A stretch of 64,000 nt of DNA from contig MEDY01000104.1 in NCBI GenBank assembly GCA_001724265.1, positions 62,001 through 126,000 of the forward strand, given 5' to 3'. The position numbers and the translations under genes were made by a program. This document shows positions 36,292 through 45,314 of this stretch, piece by piece. Below the pieces are notes generated by a model. That model did no database searches, was not told the origin of the DNA, and was given only the letters and a program-made list of their open reading frames with translations. The stretch's first letter is position 1. Each line of letters begins with the position of its first letter. The DNA is from Rhizaria sp. SCN 62-66 (taxonomy: Eukaryota).

Positions 36292-39200
36292 TTAGTCCTT
36301 AGCATCAGTGGTAGCATCGGCGTTAGCGTCAGCGTCTGCATCGGAGTCGTCAGAGTCGGAGTCTGATGACGAGGGGTCGCTTGAATCAACCCAGTCGCCC
36401 ACACTCTCACTCTCACCATCACTCTCGCGCCCGCACTCGCCAGCACTCGCGCTCGCAGCCGCAGTCGCAGCAGACAAGACTGCGGCGGCCGCGCCGGCGC
36501 CGGCGCCGAGCGTCGCGAGTGCCCTGGCCACGTCTCCGGGCGAGATCCACACGCTCTTCCTCTCTGAGTCTGACGGGGCACTCACACCAACTGCTCCCAC
36601 TCCCGCTCCCGCTGCAGCTGCTTTCTCGCGCTTGTGCCTGCGGAGCGCCGAGAGCGCGGCCTGCGTGCACAGCGCCTTGAGCTGCGCCGAGGCCCAGCCG
36701 CCCGTCACGCCGTCGGCCGCCGCCGCGCGCCACACACGCGCCCAGCCGCGCCCGCGGGCCAGCTCGAGCTCCCCGTCGCCGTAGCCCGCGCTAATCGCGT
36801 CCGCGGCGGCGAAGTCAACCGTCATTACAGAAGCAGTGCCGTTGCTCTCGGTCTCAGAATCACTTTCAGGAGTACTGTCGACAGCTTTCTTCGCGTTATC
36901 GTGCTTCTCGGCGGCGGCGCCGCGCTTCGGCGGCAGCAGCGGCAGCAGCGGCATGCTGCTGCCCAGCGCCGCGAGTACCTTAGCCCTGGCGCGCGCGTCG
37001 GGCCGCGGCGCGCGCAGGTGCAGCCCCAGGCGGCCGGGCCGCAGCAGCGCGCGCGGCAACTGCCAGGGCACGCGCGAGGTCGTCACAACCAGCACCAGCG
37101 GCGCGCGCTCGGCCACCGCCGCGCTCACGTCCAGCACGGAGCCCAGTCCAGAGCTAGAGCCTGAACCAGAGCCGGAGCCGTTGCTCGCGCTGGCAGAGCT
37201 GCGAGGATGCGGGATGGGCCTGGGGACAAGTGTGGGAGCGGGTGCGGGCTCGTTGCAGCGGTCGAGCTCGGTGAGAAACACTGTCAACAGGCGGGGCACC
37301 TTGCCACCGCCGTCGTCGTCGTCCTCGCCAAACTCGCCGTCGCCGTCGTCGCCGTCATAGGCGGCGTCGTCGTTATTGGCCGCGGCACTGCCGGCGCTCT
37401 TGTTGGTGTAGTTGCTGCGGCGGTGCGCGCCAGTAACGGTGGCCACGTCGTCGTCGTCGCCGTCGGACCCCAAGCCCGACTCACTGCCCGCCGCGCCGCT
37501 CGCACCGGCCTTGCCGCCGCTGGCGCCGGCGGCGAGCAGGCGCGCAACAGCCCTGCGCGCGCCCGCGGCGGCCGCGGCGGGGGTCTGCCTCTCGCGCCGC
37601 AGCCGCCCGCCGCCGCCACCGGCGCCGACGGCGTTGTTGCTACTGCTGCTGCTGTGGCGAGAGCCGGCGGCGTTAGTAGCGGCGGAGACTGGAGACTGCG
37701 CGGACGCGGGCGCGGGCGCGGGCGCGGGGCTGGCGAACAGACGGGCGGGCGCAGGGCCCGCACCAGACGTAGTACCGGCGCCGGAGCTCGAGCTGGAGCT
37801 AGAGCCGAAGGCGGGGATGGGAGCGGGCGTGCCGAAAGCGGGGACGGCAACAGGGGTGCCGAAGGCCGGCACTGCAGCGGGGCTGCCGAAAGAAGGAACA
37901 GGGACAGGACTGCCGAACACAGAGCCAGCGCCAATGTTGGCGTTCGCGCCGCTGCTCGTGTTTGAGTTCCGAGTGATACTGGAGATGCTCGTGGTCTTGG
38001 AGGGCGACGCAAAGGCGAAAGACGCCATCATCGGTGTCAGAGTAGTTTCGTTTGATGCAAGTGTTGCAGGCGTTGCAGCAACAGCAGTTGCGCTCGCAGT
38101 CGCAGTCAAAGCGGTGGCAGGGCCACTATCATTACTCACTGCACTTGTAGGAGCAACAACGTCACTTGCGTTGTTTCTCTCGCTCTTCTTGTCCTTCTTG
38201 TCCTTTTTCTCTTTCTTCTTCTTCTTGTCCTTCTTGCTCCTGCGCGTGTACTGCTCCGCGCCGCCGCCGCTGCCGCTACCGGTGCCGCAGAGCGCCTCGA
38301 TGTTGTCGAGCACGAGCACGCAGGGCGCGGCGGCCCTGGCAAGCGCGAACAGCTCCCGGACCGCGGCCTCCGAGCCGCCGACGCGCTTGCTAACGAGCCC
38401 CGGCGCCGAGGCCGCCAGCGCGGGCAGCCCCGCCGCACGCGCCAGCGCCAGCGCCAGCGCCGTCTTGCCGCAGCCCGAGGGCCCGTGCAGCAGCAGTCCG
38501 CGTGCGGGCGCGACGCGCAGGCGGCCCTGCAGCGGCCACAGCAGGCGCGCGTGCAGCGCGAAGACGGCGCGCGAGAGGCCCTGCAGCGGCGCGAACGCGG
38601 GGTGCAGTCGCGCGCGCAGCGCAGCAACACCGGCAACGCGAGCGAGGCCAGTAAGGCCAGCACTGCCGTTGACGCGGGGGCCGGCGCCGGCGAACGAGGC
38701 CGACTGGGCGGCGGCGAGCGCGGCGGCGTCTGCGGTGAGTGGTGGCAGCACGAGCCGGTGCGCGGAGGTGGCCGTGGCCGCGGGGCCGCCGGTGGCCGCG
38801 AAGGCCGTCTCCCAGTCACTTGCGGCGACCAGCACGCGCACGTCTAAGGGGGTATTTACACCCTTGCTAGCCGTGCAGCGCGCGACTGCTGCGAGCATGG
38901 CCTCGGAGCAGAGCCGGTGCAGGTCGGCGGGCAGGTAGCCGTGGGCGCGCTCGGCCAGCGACGCGATCGCGCGCGCGCGCTCCGCAGCGGACGCCAGAGT
39001 GCCAGCGCCAGAGCCGGAGCCAGAGCCAGAGCTCGAGGGAGAGCTAGAGCCAGTGGCAGTGGCAGGGGCAGGGGCAGCGAAAGGGAAGCGCCTGGTGAGC
39101 GTGACGAGCAGAGCGGTGCGCTGCGCCGGTGAGGGCGCGGCGAGCAGCACCGAAGCGCCGACGCGATCGCTGCGCAGCAGCGCAGGCGGCAGCGCGCGCG

Positions 39201-41724
39201 GGCGCGACGTCAGCAGCAGCACGAACACGGACGGGCGCGGAAACAGCGACGGGGGCGACGACGGTGACGCAGACGCAGAGACAGAGGCAGATAAAGTTGT
39301 ATGAGACTCATTTTTCTTATTCTCCTGCTCTTGCTGTTGCGTCTGCTGCATTTGCGTATGCGTTTGCTGCTGCAGCGCAGCGGCAAGCCGCGCCAGGAGC
39401 CTGCGCCCAAGGCGCACGTTGCGGCCCGCGCTCACGCCGTCCACGCCGCCCGCGCCCTCGGCGTCGTCGTCACCGCCGCCGCCGCCGCCGTAGGCCGCGG
39501 TGGGGGCCAGCGCGTCGACGTCGTCGATGACGAGCAGACACGCGGGGGCCGCCAGCGGCAGGGCAGAGCGCGCCCTCGCCACAGCAGCAGCATCGGCAGC
39601 AGGATTAGCGGTGATACTGTTGCTGTTGATCGCGGCTGCCGCTGTGGCGAGCGCGGCGGCGGCGGGCCAGCGCTCCACGGCAGCGGCGGCGGCGCGCGCG
39701 AAGAGGTCCGCCAGCGCGCGCTCGGCGCCACCCTCGGCCGCGCTGTCGTACAGGTCGCCGGCCGCCACGCGCAGCGACGGGAAAGGCGCCGCCGCGGCCA
39801 GAGAAGCGGCCAGATGTGACTTGCCGCTGCCGGGCGGGCCGTGCAGGAGCGCCGTCACCGTCGCCGCTAACGGGGCGGAGACAGCGACGGTGTTGGTGTT
39901 AGCAATGGCGTTAGAGTTGCTGTTGTTGTTGACGGCAAGTGCAGAGCAGAAGTAGGAAATGAGCGCTAACGCAGGGTCAACGTCGCTGCTGTCCGCGTCG
40001 GCAACGTTAGCATTGCTGCTGTTCGTGCAGTTGCTGCTTACACTTTGCGGAGGCAGAGTGCCGCGCGCGTAGAGAGTGAGGTTGCCGTACTTGACCCCGC
40101 CCGACTGCGCGTCTAAGGGAGTACTTACACCGGCCCCAGCGCAGCCCGTCGCGGCCAGAGACCACACGCGTTGCACAGCGCCCGCAAGCGCCGGAGCACT
40201 CACAGCGGCAGCTGAGGGGGTACTTACACCCGTCGGAACGTTCGCTGCAGACTCAGGCAACTGCTCTGACACCTGCGACTCATCAGACTGCCTTGACTGA
40301 GACTCGTCTGCGATCGCGAGCGGCGGCAAAAGCGAGATGTAGGGTGCGGTCGCAGCGGAATTGAACACGTACACGAGTCCGTTGCCGTTGCCATCGTCAT
40401 CGTCATCGTCATTGTCGTCGCCGTCATCGTCATCGTTACTGCTCTTGCCAACGCGAGCAGCGAGACTCGCTTTAGACTTGACGACACGCTTGCTGAAGCT
40501 GAACACAGTGCTCCTAGCAGCCCCCTTTGCAGCCGTGCCCTTAGCCGCCGCGGGCCCTTTAAGCGCTGCGGAGCCCGAAGTCAAGCCGCTGGGCTTGGCT
40601 GGGACAGGCAAACGGAACAGACTCGCCATACGCCGCTGCCAATCACTCATCCGCGACTGCGAGCAGAGCGGCTGTGATCGCAGAGGCGCCTTGGGCGGCA
40701 TCACCAGCGCGGGCCCCGCCGGCCCCAGCACGAGCTGCCCGCGCGCGGCCACAACCAGGGCTCCAATGCGCGTGCCGGCGACGGCCGCGGCAGAGCCTGC
40801 GGGGCCTGCGGCGGCGGCGGGCGCGGCGGCGGCGGGCGCAGAGCAGTGCGACAGCCACCGCGGCGGCAGCAGCAGCGCGGCCAGCGGCCGCCCCCAGCCC
40901 TGGCCTGCGCTGGAACTCGCACTTGCACAAGAGCTAGAGCTGGAGCCAGAGCCAGAGCGAGAGTAAATGAGTGCAAGGGGAGGCGGAATGGGGGCCAGCG
41001 GGAGCGGGCACGGGGCGGGGGCGGCGGGCGGCACAGAGGCAGAGCCAGGGGCAGCAGTCGAGCTGAACGGAGTGAGCCTCAGCACCAGGCGAGACAGCGA
41101 CGGCGACTGCGACAACACGGAGAGTAAGGGCGGACACAAAAGAAGAGAGGAGTGCAGATACTGCAACAAGAGCAGGATGAAGCCGCCCAGCAGCGGCGAC
41201 ATCTGCACAGCTGTGCCGTCAGTGCCAGTCGCGGGGGCAGCACTCGGACAGTTGTTTGCGCTGCTGTCGGAAGGAGACAGCGAGAGGCCATACGCAGCAA
41301 AGTCGGCAACCACTGACGGCGCAAGGCGGGAAAACAACATGTCGCACGACACCGCAGCCACGCTGCTCAGTGCACCCGCATCGGTCAAAGCAGTCAGAGC
41401 TGAGTCAGCGCCGGCGTCAGCGCTGGCGACCGAGGAGTCGGACAGGATGGGGTAGACTTGCACGGCCATGGCTGAGCCGGGGACGGCACCAGCAGAGCCG
41501 CTGTCGGGTCTCGCATCAACATCGGCCGCAGCGGTCTGCGCCGCAGCGGTGTCGAGCGGGGCGACGGCGAGGAAGGCGTGGGCCCAGCCGCCGGGGGCGA
41601 GGCGCAGAGCCGCCAGCACGGGGCGCGGGAGGAAAAGCAGGCGGCGCTCGTAGGGCTCGTTCGGGGACAGGTAGGACGGCGCGGAAACAATTTCCGCGGT
41701 AAGGATGGAAAGGGGCAGGTCCAT
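36292..41724 (-). CDS. Two-ring (Cdc48/AFG2-superfamily) AAA+ protein with large low-complexity inserts (~1,810 aa)
   Basis: Uninterrupted ORF, first ATG at 41724, TAA 36292. D1 LLHGPPGSGKS / LLVIDDVDAL / AHGYLPADL; D2 LLLHGPSGCGKT / VGGSEAAVRELFALARAAAPCVLVLD / ALLRPGRL. Subfamily not assignable by eye. Confidence 0.85.
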   Translation of the reverse strand: MDLPLSILTAEIVSAPSYLSPNEPYERRLLFLPRPVLAALRLAPGGWAHAFLAVAPLDTAAAQTAAADVDARPDSGSAGAVPGSAMAVQVYPILSDSSVASADAGADSALTALTDAGALSSVAAVSCDMLFSRLAPSVVADFAAYGLSLSPSDSSANNCPSAAPATGTDGTAVQMSPLLGGFILLLLQYLHSSLLLCPPLLSVLSQSPSLSRLVLRLTPFSSTAAPGSASVPPAAPAPCPLPLAPIPPPLALIYSRSGSGSSSSSCASASSSAGQGWGRPLAALLLPPRWLSHCSAPAAAAPAAAAGPAGSAAAVAGTRIGALVVAARGQLVLGPAGPALVMPPKAPLRSQPLCSQSRMSDWQRRMASLFRLPVPAKPSGLTSGSAALKGPAAAKGTAAKGAARSTVFSFSKRVVKSKASLAARVGKSSNDDDDGDDNDDDDDDGNGNGLVYVFNSAATAPYISLLPPLAIADESQSRQSDESQVSEQLPESAANVPTGVSTPSAAAVSAPALAGAVQRVWSLAATGCAGAGVSTPLDAQSGGVKYGNLTLYARGTLPPQSVSSNCTNSSNANVADADSSDVDPALALISYFCSALAVNNNSNSNAIANTNTVAVSAPLAATVTALLHGPPGSGKSHLAASLAAAAPFPSLRVAAGDLYDSAAEGGAERALADLFARAAAAAVERWPAAAALATAAAAINSNSITANPAADAAAVARARSALPLAAPACLLVIDDVDALAPTAAYGGGGGGDDDAEGAGGVDGVSAGRNVRLGRRLLARLAAALQQQTHTQMQQTQQQEQENKKNESHTTLSASVSASASPSSPPSLFPRPSVFVLLLTSRPRALPPALLRSDRVGASVLLAAPSPAQRTALLVTLTRRFPFAAPAPATATGSSSPSSSGSGSGSGAGTLASAAERARAIASLAERAHGYLPADLHRLCSEAMLAAVARCTASKGVNTPLDVRVLVAASDWETAFAATGGPAATATSAHRLVLPPLTADAAALAAAQSASFAGAGPRVNGSAGLTGLARVAGVAALRARLHPAFAPLQGLSRAVFALHARLLWPLQGRLRVAPARGLLLHGPSGCGKTALALALARAAGLPALAASAPGLVSKRVGGSEAAVRELFALARAAAPCVLVLDNIEALCGTGSGSGGGAEQYTRRSKKDKKKKKEKKDKKDKKSERNNASDVVAPTSAVSNDSGPATALTATASATAVAATPATLASNETTLTPMMASFAFASPSKTTSISSITRNSNTSSGANANIGAGSVFGSPVPVPSFGSPAAVPAFGTPVAVPAFGTPAPIPAFGSSSSSSSGAGTTSGAGPAPARLFASPAPAPAPASAQSPVSAATNAAGSRHSSSSSNNAVGAGGGGGRLRRERQTPAAAAAGARRAVARLLAAGASGGKAGASGAAGSESGLGSDGDDDDVATVTGAHRRSNYTNKSAGSAAANNDDAAYDGDDGDGEFGEDDDDGGGKVPRLLTVFLTELDRCNEPAPAPTLVPRPIPHPRSSASASNGSGSGSGSSSGLGSVLDVSAAVAERAPLVLVVTTSRVPWQLPRALLRPGRLGLHLRAPRPDARARAKVLAALGSSMPLLPLLPPKRGAAAEKHDNAKKAVDSTPESDSETESNGTASVMTVDFAAADAISAGYGDGELELARGRGWARVWRAAAADGVTGGWASAQLKALCTQAALSALRRHKREKAAAAGAGVGAVGVSAPSDSERKSVWISPGDVARALATLGAGAGAAAAVLSAATAAASASAGECGRESDGESESVGDWVDSSDPSSSDSDSDDSDADADANADATTDAKD

Positions 41725-43191
41725 GGGGACGCCGCGCACTCGCTTGCAGAAGGGCTGGAGAGGGGCGGGGACGAGGGAGTGAGGGAAGTAGCGGGAACTG
41801 TCCGAGGGTGAAATCGAGTGGACTGTGAAGTTCTAGAGAGACTCTGTGGAAATATAATTAAGAAAAATAACAAATAAAATGTGAGATTGTCATGATACTC
41901 CAACAACTTCGTAAATGACGGACATTTGACACCACCTCGAGATGCCTGCGCAAACTGACTCGGTCGCTTGCTTGAGCCACAGATCGCCAGCCCGAACCTG
42001 TGCCGTGATGTGTAAGCGTCATTAAAAACATGCACATCTCAGTCATATCTTGAACATTTCTAAAAATTCCAACGTTTCACATTTTTTCAAGATGTATCAT
42101 TCTAGAACTTAAAGTTATTATTGCAGTCAGCAGTAATTCTACAGTAGAAACCTTGCAGCTACATACCGGATTTGTTACACTTTGTCACTCGTGACGGCAA
42201 CAGACAGACCGCGACACAAAAGCACAAGAACAGCACGATTGCTCTGCATAACGCACATTGCCTTCAACAACGCTAAGGCTAATGACCCAGAATGCTGCAT
42301 CAGCAAAGCAATCAGAACTTGTTTCGAGGCTAACCCAGTGTTGTTGGCGAGACTGACAACGAAGTGTGTAGCTCTTGCAAAGACGCGTTCTGCCGTCTAT
42401 TGTGCTTGTTTGCAACGCAAAAAGAGAAGAATGAAACAAAGCATTGCGGAGCAAAATGAAATCCGCAACGTGACTGCGAGGGCTTGCGCGGGCGGGCAAA
42501 AAAAAGACATGCTTGCAACACGACGCATTTCCCGCGTAGTCACCTACCGCAGTACTTAGCGCGCCCAACGGTGTTTAACTTCAGAGAGCGGACGGGATCT
42601 GGTGTATCGCAAGCTGACTGCCGGCTTCTTTTTAGAGTTATCTACATTAAAAAAAATCTGAGATTGCTTTTTACTCTTTTTTTGTCCGATCTATTTCTTG
42701 GTCGTCATAACAAATTGAATGCTCTATGGCACAAAACACTATGGTAACACAATGACACACAATATGACGGGCACAAAGAGAGTGGCGCAACATTCACGCG
42801 CGGCGACTATCGCGCGCCGGCACGTTACTAGTACTAAAATAAGTACCAGGACAAATCTCCCACAACCACGACGACACGGCTGCAGTCCGTCTCACTCACA
42901 GGAGCAAAGCACAACCAAAACATTCGCGCAGTTAATGTGTTTGCGACCCAGCCCATGACCGATCAAAAGCGATGTGGCAGTCACATTCTAAACAGCCGCG
43001 TTCGCAATGCGAGCTTGCAGTCACGTGAAAAAATGCAATTTAGCAAAGAATACACTTGTGTAAAAGTGTAAGAGTTATTCAAGTTGCTGTGTATGATGTC
43101 ATCCTCAGTTCATTCGCAAAATTCAGTCGAAGCATTGATGTTATTTTTAGTCATTCTCATCGGCAAGCAAACTTTCTCAATCAGTTACAAG

Positions 43192-44427
43192 TTAGATGTC
43201 ACCGTCTTCCTCGATCTCGCTGCTCTCGTCGCCGGATGCCGTGAATTCAGGGGTTGCGTTCTCAGCCGCGGGAGCGGAGGCGTCGTTATCGTCGCTGTCG
43301 CCGCTCTTGATGTCGCGCACGAGCTCACCGGGCAGGAAGGCGCGCGACTCGACGATCGAGAGGCGGTCCATCTTGCCGTTCATGTCAAAGCGGATGCGGT
43401 AGACGAAGTCGAGGTGCTTAAAGGACGTGGTGCGCGACTTGATGTTGTGCACGCGGCACTCGCCGCCGTGGTTGTGCTCGTCGGAGAAGAGCAGGCGGCA
43501 CTGCTTCGACCGCGTCGCGTGCATTGGCAGCAGCAACGACTCGCGCGAGAGCCCGAACTCGCCGGCAAACTTCTTGATTGCGGTCAGCGCCTTGCTCACC
43601 GCCGTGGTGCCGTTGAACGAGTAGCCGCGGCGGCCTAGCAGCACGATGGCCTTGTCCGACACAAGTTCATCAATCTTGGCGCCGGGCCCGTGCGTGTAGA
43701 CGGCGCGGAACAGGTTGTGCGTGTTGGTCTCGGCGCGCGTGCGGTACGCCTGCATCATCGCATCGTAGTTGCCGCCGTCAATGAGGCGCATTCGCGTCAC
43801 GCGGCCCAGCGACCAGTCGACGGTGTTGTACAGAGTCACGTCGCGGAACTTGCCTCCAGAGCGAATGAACGTGCCCGTAATGTTGGACTTGAGCACGCAG
43901 CGCTGGAAGCCGGCGTCGGCGCTCACAACGCGGATCTTGGCGGTGACGTCTTTGACTGTGTTGCGCGCGCGCTCAGCGTAAGCCTTGAGGCCGCGCTCGC
44001 CGACCCAGTGGCCGCCGGTGGGCAGCTCGCTGTTGGCGTAGCTTAGGTGCGCGTGCTTGTGCATCATCTTAACCAGCGCGCGGTGGTCGCCCTTGCTCAG
44101 CGCCGTCGCGAGCTTCTCGCAGTTCTCCTTGATCGAGGGCTCGGCGAAGGGGCCGGTCTCGTCCTCTTCGCTGTCGGGGCCAAAGCGGCGGCCGTGGCGG
44201 TGGCGGCGGCCATGGTGAGCGAAAGCGGGCGGAGGGCCGCGCATCATCTCCATAGCGCGGGGACTCGGGCCCTCGTGGCCGCGACCGGAACCGCGGCCCT
44301 CATCAGAAAGAGGACCGTGGCGGCGGAGCATCTCGATCTCGAACGAGTCCTCAGGCGTGTACGGATACGCGAGGGCTGCGATAACAGCGCTCGCCAGAAC
44401 CGCCATGAAGAGAACTAACTTAAACAT
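43192..44427 (-). CDS. Predicted secreted protein with tandem SnoaL/NTF2-like domains (411 aa)
   Basis: ATG 44427, hydrophobic signal MFKLVLFMAVLASAVIAALA; domain ALSKGDHRAL...LPTGGHWVGERG...GRVTRMRLI fits the SnoaL-like pattern; a second, weaker copy follows. No intron in the CDS. Confidence 0.6.
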   Translation of the reverse strand: MFKLVLFMAVLASAVIAALAYPYTPEDSFEIEMLRRHGPLSDEGRGSGRGHEGPSPRAMEMMRGPPPAFAHHGRRHRHGRRFGPDSEEDETGPFAEPSIKENCEKLATALSKGDHRALVKMMHKHAHLSYANSELPTGGHWVGERGLKAYAERARNTVKDVTAKIRVVSADAGFQRCVLKSNITGTFIRSGGKFRDVTLYNTVDWSLGRVTRMRLIDGGNYDAMMQAYRTRAETNTHNLFRAVYTHGPGAKIDELVSDKAIVLLGRRGYSFNGTTAVSKALTAIKKFAGEFGLSRESLLLPMHATRSKQCRLLFSDEHNHGGECRVHNIKSRTTSFKHLDFVYRIRFDMNGKMDRLSIVESRAFLPGELVRDIKSGDSDDNDASAPAAENATPEFTASGDESSEIEEDGDI

Positions 44428-45314
44428 TAGCAATTCTGTTGAGACAAAGAGGGTAAATAGAGAGGAAATACATCAAAGCAGGAGCAAGCAGTGCAAGAAG
44501 ATAAGTGAGATCAAGAAGCTCATTTGCAAGGCACACAACTTCAAGTCGTTGCCGAAGGACTAATTCGGCAAGTGTTGCGCTGAGACATGAAAGGAATGTT
44601 TTGAGTTTGTTGCAAATACAACGTAGAATAGCGAGAACGTTCAAGCTTGTTGTTATCTTTCATAGGCAACTTGATTTGAAATCACGTCCTCAGGCTCTCT
44701 TTGGCGGAAGCCTACACTTCCACGTGGACTTCCGTTGCTGGCGCATGTCACCAGCGGTGCTTCCTTCCGTTGCTGTTGCGAATCTCACCACAAACGCATT
44801 CTCAACTAAATGAAGCTTGAAAATACATGTAACATGTGAGATATATTAATTTGAACGGCGTTGATAAATAATTTACGCTGTGCGCTGTATTTTTCAGGTT
44901 CTTATTGCATTTGAAACAGTAACAAAGTCTTGAATATTAATCTAACCAAAGATAAACACAACTAATTCGAAACATGACAAAAGCAAAACCGAATGTATTA
45001 TTTCAGAAAGTATTATACAAAAGGACGTTGCTAAGATAATCTAAATCTCACAGAAGTTGTAACTTCTTATATTTAATATGTCTCAGATACACAAATCAGA
45101 ACAGAACAGTTAAAAGAGGTACTTAACACTCAACGCTTGAGTTCATGTTGCTTCGCTGCGTGTTATATGCGCGTCACTTGAGGAACAACTTGTAGCAGTT
45201 ACAAGCTGTGATGTTTTTGCATGCGCTCGACACAGTTTTACGGCCGAAAAAATCAATTATTAAAACAACAAAAACGGATAATTTAGTAGCAAACAAATCT
45301 TAAAAGCGGATCAC

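Noticed and set aside
42182-42568. Short ORFs in the AAA-SnoaL spacer
   Set aside because: Lack the host GC3 bias, splice signals and recognisable motifs.
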